A stretch of DNA of 46,152 bases, the filler included, from Jimgerdemannia flammicorona (Eukaryota), in NCBI GenBank assembly GCA_003990765.1. It is 2 parts of 2 records of this genome, joined end to end, with 100 filler letters (N's around TTAATTAATTAA, not from the genome) between each part and the next. Parts side by side here need not be neighbours in the genome. Positions count along the whole stretch, not along the records: positions 23,130 to 46,152 come from RBNJ01001169.1; 1 more part is not named here. One strand, 5' to 3'. Under the pieces are notes generated by a model. It ran no database searches. It worked only from the letters and a program-made list of their open reading frames with translations, and was not told the DNA's origin. Shown piece by piece: positions 23,616 to 34,619 of this stretch (position 1 is the stretch's first letter; each line of letters opens with the position of its first letter). A program made the translations under genes and the position numbers.

Positions 23616-23642
23616 TTTAAGAGTGTGGTTGTTGGATGGTAA
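23149..23642 (+). CDS. 3' end of a host leucine-rich-repeat gene (RNI-like/NLRC3-type 28-aa LRRs); exons 23149-23232, 23362-23445, 23575-23642
   Basis: 84-nt phase-1 exons encoding NSIGHEGARALAESLKQNTTLTSLHL, GT...AG 129-nt introns with a pyrimidine tract, terminal exon ending GW-TAA. CpG intact. Confidence 0.88.
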
Positions 23643-24554
23643 CTCAATCATTTGTCCTTCTATACTTTATTCGGATTTGTCATCCACGTTTGCAAACTCG
23701 GAGTATCGTTATATACTTTAGGGAGCGTTATAGCTTAGAAATACAACGGAAAGTTCTGGAATTTCTGTTACACATGACTTCTTCCATTCTATTTATATAA
23801 GGGGTTTTCTGGATCATGAAGTCGTGTGACAATTTCCCGCAGGAAATCTAATAATAAAATCCACTCGGCTGTTTGTTTACCTCACATTACACAGACCCTT
23901 ATAGAGTTTCTAAGGGAACTCTTCTAACAAGGTTCAGACGCTGTGCGATTCAAGATATCCGAATGTGGCATATTTTCTTAATAAACTCTACCAATGGATA
24001 GTTATCGTGTTCTGGCTTTGCCTGACATTTTTGAGGAATTGGCCTCATTTCCATTTTATTAATGGCGTCCGCTTGGAATGTTATCTTAGGGGACGCTGGT
24101 TCTCGGAGTGCGATTACTTGGTGGTCAGTGGCAAGCTTCGCTCAGTTCACGCGTTGCGTCATTGGGATATAATTGTCATTTTCCATAATTGCCCTTTGCA
24201 CATATTTTATATTCTCCTTTGGAAGGAAAACAAAGAATCTTCCAGTCTGTAAAACCGATTTAAACGATCCTACTCAAAAAGAAATATTGATCGCCGACAA
24301 AACTAATAGCTGTTTAATATTTGGTTTTTCTCAAGAGCGGCACTTTATTGATAATACAAACAATGCGCTTTTATGCATAAAGGAGAGATGTGGTGGGCAG
24401 TGCGAGTGTTGAGTGCGGAATGCTTTTACAGTTAGAGAACGACACCTTTGCTGACCCGCATGTGAAACATTAGACCTTTCGAGAAAAATGTGTTGCCTGC
24501 GAATGAGGACCACATGGTACTTTATTTCATTTTCTTTGCATCCTTATTGTTCAG

Positions 24555-25050
24555 GATGTTGGCAGTGAAATTCTCAGTGCCTTTGCAAAGTGAACTAGAT
24601 TGATGCTCCCATACTCGCCACCTTCCTTGATCAGCATCTCCCTCACGACACTTTGCCACCAATATATGCTGGAAGATATTGGTATCACATTTCAGATCAG
24701 TGACTGACACCTTCATTATTGGCATGGTGGGGCCAGCACTTTGGCACAAATGATGTCCGCTCGAAGGGACCAACGCCTCTTTCCACTCTTTCATGGGAGA
24801 CCATGACTCTCTCACCAACATACTGCTAGCCATGGTCCATTTGTGATCACATCTACTATTCAGTTAGGGGAGAGGATAAATCAGAGAGACCCAATAGCTT
24901 TGCTTAAGGACAGAATTATTTGGATCTATGGAACAGCTCTGTAAATCATGAGTAGGCCTCCTATTGATATTACTGAATTATTTGTAGAATATGTTTCATT
25001 GTGATTTCTGTTCCCACCTACTATTATACAACTAGGCCCATTGTGATAAT
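24555..25050 (+). pseudogene. Possible decayed coding segment of unknown identity
   Basis: After a pyrimidine-rich ...ttgttcag acceptor, ~160 codons broken only by TGA/TAA stops compatible with CGA/CAA decay. No recognisable motif. Confidence 0.25.
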
Positions 25051-25372
25051 AGTTGTCATTGGCTGCATTGTAGTGTAGTGAGAAAACATTATAGAACAGC
25101 AATAATATGTATATCACAAATATCTAGTATAGTAATTCAATATTGTTATTTATATATATATTATCAATTTATATAAATAACTGAACACACCATATTTGTA
25201 TATATTATTTTTAATAGAAGTGCTTTTTCTAGCAGATATGTTGTTCTCTGATAATATACTATTCTTCAAAGAAATAAGAGATTATATCTTTTATAATTAG
25301 TCTTACTGCATACTTTATAATTATTTAAATAATATCTAGATAGTAACTACATCTATATAAAATATCTCAGAG

Positions 25373-25510
25373 TATAATAGTTTTAGTTTCTTTAAGAGAA
25401 AGTGATTAAATCTAGATTTATAGAGAGTCTGAAGTAGCTCAAAGAGATACATAAGTTTAAGTGATCTTGAATAATTTTTGAAGAAAATAAGCTAAGCTTA
25501 TTTAAGTAAA
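25373..25510 (-). repeat. Inverted older LTR fragment related to the element C LTR
   Basis: Reverse complement of the LTR 3' end (gtatctctttgagctactt...cttaaagaaactaaaact) at 25910-26044. Confidence 0.75.
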
Positions 25511-27119
25511 AAAAGAGGATATTTTGTAATAAAATTATATATCAAAAAATCTTTGAAGAAAGATACAAATAACAATCATACATATGACCTAATAAAGATA
25601 TTATAAACAAATAATATATAGAATAAGTGTAAAAATTTCATGATTATATTTTAGTCTTAGTACTTTTTCATATCTTTTTACTAGTTTTTTCTTGTCTTTT
25701 CTTAAATATTCTACTATATTCCAGTATCTTCTAAATGTCTAAAAATCTTCACTTAGTACTAAAATACTACTAGAACATTCTTGTCTTTTTTAGGTACCAA
25801 GTATTGTATCTAGCTAGTCATAGAACCTTTTGAAACTTTGTAGAATTCTATAGTCATCTTTGCTGAGAATCTATTTCTTGGCTTCTCTCTTCTTTTTTAA
25901 GATCTTTCTTGAATAAAGCTCAGAATATTTTCTTCCAGAATTTCTTCAAGAATACTTAAACCTATAAGTATCTCTTTGAGCTACTTTAGGCCCAAGAATT
26001 ACTAGTCTTAGCCACTTCTTCTTAAAGAAACTAAAACTGTTATACTTGGTAGCAGTAGTGTCATTATATTTTGCCTTATTAAGAAATCTTCACAAATTCA
26101 GAAATCAGTCATAACTAGTTATACAAGTCCAAAATAAGCTATACTACAGAATCAGTCTACCATCCAGATCCCTCTTCTATAGAAGAAATAGATAATACAA
26201 AACTACAAGTCAATCTGGAGGATATAATTACCTCTATGGTCTATTAGATCTAATAACTTCAAGTATAACTAGAATACCAGAAAACAAGTACTATAGCCAT
26301 ATTATATTCTGCTACTATACTAGTCAGCTTCAAGCCACTCAAGCCAAATACCTTTAATGGTCACCAAGAAGGACTGATCACAGATGTATAGACCTTCTAG
26401 TTGGACCAATACTTCAAACTTACAAGAATGAAAGAAAACATATAAGTCCAATTTGCTATCATACTTCTCTGAGGAAATATAACTATTTGGTAAGCAACTA
26501 TATTATAACTACTACTTCTTATTCAAATACAAGAATCCAAGATTGGAAATCTTTCAAGAAGGCCCTTTACTAGCAGTTTAAGTTTACTAATATATACTAC
26601 TAAGCTAGTCAGAGATAAGCTAGTGAATACTAAGCAACTCAAGTCTATATAAAGTTACAATATACAATTTCTGTCAATTTTACTCAAAATACCAGCAACA
26701 GCTAAAGATAAAAAGATAGACTACTATATCTGAGATCTGAAAGAAAACACACAAGTCAAGATCAAGCTAGAAGAGCCACAGACCCTCAATGAAGCTATGA
26801 GAATTACTGATAGATTTGATATCATTACCTTTGATAACTACTTCAAATCAGAATACTATAAAAAGAACTATTTTGAGAACTATCACAAGAACTAATTCAA
26901 AGCAGTTGGCCCAGCATCAATGGACTTAGATACTATGAATAAGAAGAATACCAAGCTTACCTCTAAATAAAAGACTACTTTCAGAAATCTGGAGCTTATT
27001 TCTTCTATTGCTAAATAGGATATATTACAACCAAATATTCTAAGAAGACCAGCAAACCCTCAAGACCAGTCACCATATTGTCTAAAGATATACCTATCAA
27101 CACCACTCTCAGTAAATCT

Positions 27120-27535
27120 GAACTCAAGATCAATAAGCTTCATTAAAGGCCCAGATCTCTTAATGTCAATCAGAAGGAGCCATTGGTCTTGACCTACACT
27201 CTGTCAAGTAAGTCACTATTCTAGCCAAAGGACAAACTCTAGTATCTACTGGAATTGTAGTCCAATATCCTGAATGATATTATGCCAGAATTGTACTGTA
27301 ATCAAGACTCAGTATCAAATATTATTTAGATATTGATACTAGTATTATTGATTCAGACTAATAGAATAAGTTCAAGTCTTATAATATTAACTAGAAGGAT
27401 CAAGACTACACAGTTAAGGAAGGAGACTGAGTCACACAAATGATCCTAGAAAAAGTCAGTCAACTCAAGATCACAGAAGTTCAAGAACTATCCAAAACTA
27501 AGCAAAACTAGAAAGATTTTGATAATACTGATCAA
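27120..27535 (+). pseudogene. dUTPase remnant of C, between the gag knuckle and the protease
   Basis: GAIGLDL, IIDSD, VKEGD*VTQMILEK, VQELSKTKQN*KDFDNTD (decayed RGxxGFGSTG). Confidence 0.72.
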
Positions 27536-28571
27536 GTAGCAAGTCTCACTAAAAATTAAGCTCAAGCTATACTTATTTCCAAGGGTCTAGTTAAGGGAAA
27601 GAAAGTTCAAATGCTCATAGACAGTAGAGCTATAGAAAACTTCATCAATAAGAATCTCATCAAAAATCTCAAGATTCTCACTAAGCCTATATCTAAAAAT
27701 AATAGTGTAGTTACTACAGATAGCACACTATATCCTATTGAGTCAATTGCAGCCAAACTACCCATCAAGATCCAGAAATATTAGAAATAAGTAGACTTTG
27801 AGATCATACTACCAGAGGATTATAATCTAATCTTAGAAAAACTATGGCTCACCAAATATAACCTGAACATTGATTGGGATAAGAATGAAGTTACTTTACT
27901 TTAAGATAAAGTCAACATCACTATCAAGATAGACAAGACTATGGGCAAAACTCAGATTGTAATACTGACAGTAATATAGTATAAGAAAGTACTCAAGAAG
28001 ACAGTACATACCTTTATTACAATAGTCTGTCCTAAGAAATAAGAAGAAGCTGTCAATTAATGAAAGTATCAAGTTATTGCTAGAAGAATTCAAAGATGTC
28101 TTTCCAGACAAGCTACCTGGTCTATCACCTATATGATAAAATCAAACTACCTCTAAGAGCTATACTATTCAAGAAATATATATATTTTATCTCTTGAAAT
28201 TGAAGTAGTTAAGAAGGAACTAGAAGAACTACTTATATGAAGAGCTATTTAACTAAGCAAATTCCCCTATGGCTCACCAGTCCTATTTGTTAAGAAGAAG
28301 GATAGTACTCTGTAAATATATATAGACTATTATATACTTAACAAGCTTATAGTCAAACCAATATCTGTTATTCCTGATTGATCAAAATTTTCAATACTCT
28401 CAAGAATACCAAATACTTCACTAAGCTGGACCTCATGTCAGATTACTATCAAATCTGAATCAAGTCAGAAGATATTCCTAAGACTATATTCATAACTCCC
28501 TTTGGACTCTATAAATTTCTTGTCCTAGTATTTAGTCTTATCAATACCTCTGCTACATTCTAGACCTTTAT

Positions 28572-30616
28572 TGTAAGCGCACAACCTTCAAGCCACTGAA
28601 ATCACACATCACTCTCTGAACAAATCTGGAAATCACCTGCCTGATCACGAAGCTGAGTCAAACCAAAGTCACAGTGCACAAAGCTAAGTCAATACAAAGT
28701 TACAGAACACAAGATTTACACAAACGGAATCTTACCAATCAGGATCAAATACATATATACCAAGCACCGAGACATGTTGAAACAGAGAACCAAAACAAAC
28801 AATAACTACAAACTTGCAAACATACAAACATGACCACCGAGATCTATAACCACATCTGCGCCGACATTTGGAATGCCATTGTCAACCGAGCAATACCCTC
28901 TCTGCTCCTCATGAATATCCATAGCCTAGCACCCCTCTACTTAGTGGAAGCCCAATGGAACGCCCTGAACATGCTTAACGAGGCCCACCGAATCGAACAA
29001 ATCTTAAGCTACTATCAGATCGGCCGCCTCTTGGAAGACATGGTCAAACACCACCATGACACAGACATTACCCAGATGTCCTAACACCAGAAGCTCATCG
29101 CCTGCAAACACCAAGAACTCTTCTATGAGTATAGCACCATTATTCCCCACCTCCGAGTTACTACCAGTGAAATGGTTGCTACCCTGTCCTATGGCCAAAT
29201 CGACGACATGATACAAGAACTCAACCACAAGTACCTCAAGTACGTTGAAACCACAGACAGAACCTTCCCACACCCCGACGACCATATCCTGCAAATGCCT
29301 CAAGTTGGATATGCTATGAAGGACATCTACAATATAATCCACTTCGATGAAGATGAAGCAGAAGACAATGATCCCTCCAACGCTGACATGACCTCTAGCC
29401 AAGGATCCCTGCCAACCCTGATCACACCGCCAACCTTGCCGATGAACTTACAACAGTTCATAACTGCATATGAGACTTATTGGGACAATGACCACTGGTA
29501 TGAATACCAATCTGCATTCACCCCCGATTACTTCAACTACAATGAAGAGACCAGAGAACACAACCTGTACCTTCAGACAACTCTCGAAATCGAATCAACA
29601 ACTCCACCACCTGAGTACAAGCGATATGAACCACAACCACCAACTTACTACAACCCTGCGACTCATAGTTCTATAACCTATAGAAGGTATGCAGACAGCG
29701 AATCCGATGAAAGTGAAGACAATATACCCATCCTTCACCCACCAATACCTTATCCAGCATATGAAACAGATGATGCTATCCTGTAGAATGGAGATGAAGT
29801 CCCAATGTATTACTACCTCAGCCAACAAGGAGAAGTAATCCGCGAACCATTATTCCTAGACGACTACTTCATCAGAGATGATGCAATTGATGGTGATATC
29901 ATCGAAGACTACCCAGATAGTGCCTAAACCATAAATAGCCTAGCAGTCATAGTATAGTTAGATTAGCCTTGTACGATGTGACTCTGAACTGACTCAGCAG
30001 TCAGACAATATCTTGATATACATATCAGATCACACTTGTACTACATGACTGCATTCTGACTCAGCAAGGCACTTAGTGCTACATCCATATCTAGCATAGT
30101 TCAGATAGCCCCTCACTAGTATAAATACCCCCTCCCCCAGACCTCAGAATCTCAGACTTGAAGACTTGAACAATCCAAACACAACTCCTGAGCACTTTCC
30201 CACAATATTCCTTTACACAACTACTCCTAGTATAGCAATATCATGAATAGCAAATAAACCTATTTAATAACCCACAAACCACTCTTAAGTAAATCTGCTC
30301 CCCGTTAGGTCCCACTCCTAACCCCATCATGAAATTTCCTAATTGGGTATTGTCTGCAGCGATACGCCAATTCAACTAAGCTGGTCTTAGTTTCTTGAAC
30401 TTCCTGAAATACAGAAAATCCTGAACATCTAGAACTAGTCCGAAAAAGGACTTTGGTTGAGACATCAACCTGATCTTGAAATCAATAAGCGTAGAGGACA
30501 TACTCCATATGAAATTGATCTTGACCTTAAGAAAACGGTCTTCCAGAATATCCAGAACTTCCAGAAAACCCTTCCAGAACTACGTAACGGTTACCCCTAA
30601 AAGCAACCCTCTTATA
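28572..30616 (+). mobile_element. 2045-bp solo-LTR-like insertion carrying an ORF, inside the RT of C
   Basis: Termini tgtaag...cttata (cttaca decayed), exact 5-bp TSD tttat. Removal restores ATF*TFMNKIF of RT. TATAAATA at ~30120. Second copy begins at 45858. Confidence 0.9.
28830..29927 (+). pseudogene. 365-codon ORF within the solo LTR, unknown function
   Basis: ORFs 28830-29084 and 29172-29786 are one frame running to TAA at 29927 with two internal stops (TAA, TAG) explicable by C-to-T. ATG context conserved at 46147. Confidence 0.8.
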
Positions 30617-31229
30617 TTTATGAATAAGATATTCAAGAACCAACTATTCATTTTTCTGTTGATATATCTCAACAACATTCTGATCTTTAGTATAATGAAA
30701 AAGGAATACCTTAAGTATATCTGAGTCATTCTGAAGATCATGTGAAAATACAAACTATATACAAAGCTCAAAAAATGTAAATTCTTCAAAGAACAAGTCA
30801 AATATCTTAGCCACATTATCTCTGTACAAGGAAATCAAATAGATCTGTACCAGATAGAGACAATTCAAGAATAATCTATTTCATCAAATCTTACAGAACT
30901 CTTGTCCTTTCTTGGTCTAGCTAACTACTATCATTACTTTATCAAAAACTTCTCTAGCATTACTGAGCCACTGACTAACCTTATGAGAAAGTCCCCTCAC
31001 TCTGATCACTATGTATTCTACACCTGGGATATCTTTTATTAACAAGTTTTCTAAGAACTCAAGAACTGCCTGACCCATACTCTAGTCCTGTATAATATAG
31101 ATCTATATAAGTCTGAAATTAACTGTCATTACTAATATGTTGAATTTTGCCATTAGAGCAGTCCTGTTATAAGATGATGGCAAAGGACACTACTTTATTG
31201 CCTTTGAGTTCCACAAGTTGGCCTCAGCT

Positions 31230-31280
31230 GAACAAAAGCTTGTCTTTTTTTTTTTTTTTTTTTTTGAACAAAAGCTTGTC
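31230..31280 (-). mobile_element. Poly(A)-only retroposed insertion
   Basis: 21 T (31245-31265) flanked by a perfect 15-bp duplication gaacaaaagcttgtc within the RNase H of C. Confidence 0.88.
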
Positions 31281-34181
31281 ACTTATAAGAAAGAGCTACT
31301 GGCAATAATATATATACTAGACCACTGGTGATACTATCTAAAAGATGTTGAGTTTGATGTCATTACTGATTATCAATCTCTTAAGTAAATTAACACCTAA
31401 CCTATCCTGTTATATCTATAAGCCAAATAGAGTCTAAAGTTTCAAACCTTCAATCTGATGATTATCTATAAGCCTGACAAGATACTTATAGTACCAGATG
31501 CCTTAACCAGATACTCAGACCTCACCATAATTATACAAGTCACCTTGGAATTAGAATTTTTAGACCAAATCAGACAAGCTTATAAAGAAGATACTATTAC
31601 CACTAGAGTTTTCTTAAATGAGCTCAAGGATATATACATATACCATCAAGGACAATATGATCTATTATTAAGATAAATTCTATCTATCTGACAATATGAA
31701 TCTACATTATAGGATACTATAAGAACATCATAACTCCCTACTCACTAGTTATCTTAAAATTGAAAAAATAATTAAAAATATCCTGCATCACTACTATTGG
31801 CCAAGTATGGTCAAGAAAATCAAGAACTATATTACTAGCTATGACCTCCATCAGTACAACAAGTCTACTAACCAAGCACCAGCTAGTTTACTACAACTAC
31901 TATCAATTTTAACTAAGAAATTCAAATAAGTTATAATAGATTTTATAACTCAACTACTATAAACTTAATCTGGTACTGATGCTATTATTATATTTATTGA
32001 CTATCTGACTAAAACTATGATTACCAAACTAACTACTACCAATGCTACTATACCTGATATTGCAAGAATCTTCTTCAAGTCCATCTTTTATTACTATCAC
32101 CTACTATAAGTAATTGTCAATAATTATGACCCCAAGTTTATCAGCCACTTCTGGTAAATTCTCTTTAAGACTCTGAAAACCCAATTGGCTATATCTACTA
32201 TCTTATACCTACAAATTAATGGACAAACCAAGTATATAAACAGAACTCTAGAACAAATACTCAGAAACTATATTTCTTATAAGCAAGATGACTGAGACTA
32301 TTACTTAACTTATATAGAATTTATATATAATAATACCATCCAATCATCTATCAGTCTTTTATCTTTTTGGCTACTCCATAGTTAAGATTCTAAGATCTCT
32401 ATAAGTTTAGTCTCTTTTAAGAAAAACAGTTAAATATAAGTTTCTACCACCAAGACCCTTATAGACAAAATAGATGAACTACTCAAGATTACTACTATGA
32501 ATCTCTAGAAGACTCAATAGCATCAAGCTAAGTATACTAATAAGAAATACCATTATATCACCTATACTATTAGTGATCAAGTCCTACTATCTATGGGAGC
32601 CTCAAGATATAATCTCAAGTCAACCATTTATCAAATAAGTTCCAACTTAAGTATATTAGACTCTTTGAGATTACTAAATAAGTCTCTATATCCTCCTACC
32701 ATCTCAAACTACCTGAAACCATAAGAGTATCCAGTCTTTTATATATTATACCTCAAGATCTAAAACTAGTTACTACTCTACTTTGGTCAAATTTTCAAGC
32801 CATCTGTCTCTATAATTATTGAGGATTATATTAAGTATAAAGTTGAGTAAATCCTTGACAAATGAATCTACTACTATTGTCTGAAATATCTGATCAAGTG
32901 AGTGGGCTATCCTGAATATGATACTATCTAAGAACTACTAGTTAACCTCAAGAACTCTCAAGATCTAGTCTAAGACTTTGAAGCAAAATAATTATTCAAT
33001 CTCTATAGTAACTTTTTTAGATTATAAATAATCTACAGTAATAACTAGTACCTTATATATGTATCAGAAGTTTACTTTGGGATACTGGAGCTAGCAAAAT
33101 ATCTAGTAAATAAGAAGTTTACTAAAATGAAGCTACTAGCTGGATTTGAACTCCTCCTAGTTAGTTAGTCTGATAATAGGCCCTCTGTCCTATATAAGAA
33201 TAACTAGTCTCTGCAAATGTGCCAATATCAGTTTGAGAAATTTTGATTAAGTATATTTAGTCTTATATTATCTAAAAACTCAATGAGAATATTAGTTCTT
33301 AAAAAGAGAGGAATGTAATAATTTCACAGTCATATTTTAGTCTTAGTACTTTTTTGTATCTTTTTGCTAGTCTTTTCTTATCTTTTCTAAAATATTCTAC
33401 TATATTCCAGTATCTTCTGAATATCTAGAAATCTTTTCTTAGTACTAAGATACTACTAAAACATTCTTGTCTTTTCTTGTAACTAAGTATCTTATCTTAG
33501 CTAGTTATAGAACCTTTTGAAACATTATAGAATTCTATTAGTCATCTTTGCTGAGAATCTATTTTTTGGCTTTACTCTTCTTTTCTAAGATTCTTCCCTT
33601 AGATTATATATAAATATTGTTATTCTCTACTTAAATAAAGCTCAGAATATTTACTCCCAGAATTCCTTTAAGAATACTTAAATCTACAAGTATTTCTTTG
33701 AGCTACTTTAGGCCTACTAGAATTACTAGTCTTAGCTGCTTCCTCTTAAACAAACTAGAACTATTACAAAAAGTAATAAAGTGATAATATGAACAACTCT
33801 CTGAATATTTGAAATGATAGTGATATAGTATTACTTAGTTAAATTATATAATAAATAGATCATTTGTTTCAAAAGTAAATAGTTTGTCCTAAGTCCAAAT
33901 ATTCAGTTTATTCTAATAATGTATTTACTTACAAAATAAACAAAGCATTTATGTATATATCAAATTGATTACACATTCTTAGTCAAAACTTGTGAACCAT
34001 TACTTAGCCAGTATATATATATAAATACTTCAGTAATTATAGTTAAAATCAATTATAGTATATTCCAAAACTGAATTAATATTTTATTAAATTTTATATT
34101 TTAATTATTTAAATAAAAATACTCTATATAAATATACTTTATATTATAGTATATTATAGTTTTATATTTGAGATATTTAAA

Positions 34182-34619
34182 AATATTAAATTTATTATTT
34201 TTAAATTTTTATTTTATCTTTAAAAAAAATTCTTATTTGTTTAGTTTTAGAATAAAATTATTTATAAATATTCTTTATTTAATAGACAGATAATAAAATG
34301 AGATATATATTTAAAACTTATTATAGTTATTCTTTTAACATTTCTCTATAATTTTATATAATTTATTTTATCTTTTAAAAAAATAATAAAAAATCATTTT
34401 TATTATATATAAATATATAATATATTATTAATATACTGAATTCAAATATTAAAATAATGATATTTTATTAAAAAAAAAGACTATTTACGTATACTTTCTA
34501 CTTATAATAAATTATAATTTATTTATTAAATAGATTAGTTACAGTTTAAGATTATATAAAATATTATATATATTATTAAAATATATACAAGAATAATAGA
34601 AGAATAAATAGATACTGTA
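34182..34619 (+). repeat. Second copy of the AT-rich foldback arm
   Basis: Direct repeat of 1-471, ending at atagatactgta. May extend further left. Confidence 0.85.

Larger units (their letters stand above)
25628..33768 (+). mobile_element. Full-length Ty3/gypsy chromovirus C (gag-dUTPase-PR-RT-RH-IN-chromodomain), heavily mutated
   Basis: LTRs 25628-26044 and 33314-33768, PBS tggtagcagtag at 26047, PPT aaaaagagaggaa at 33301-33313, imperfect TSD ataag/aaaag. Remnants LIDSRAIENFI, YGSPVLFVKKKD, KVE*ILDK...YLIK*VGYP. Confidence 0.92.

Noticed and set aside
23965..24513. Short ORFs downstream of the LRR gene
   Set aside because: No recognisable motifs or consistent splice structure. Probably 3' UTR or intergenic.
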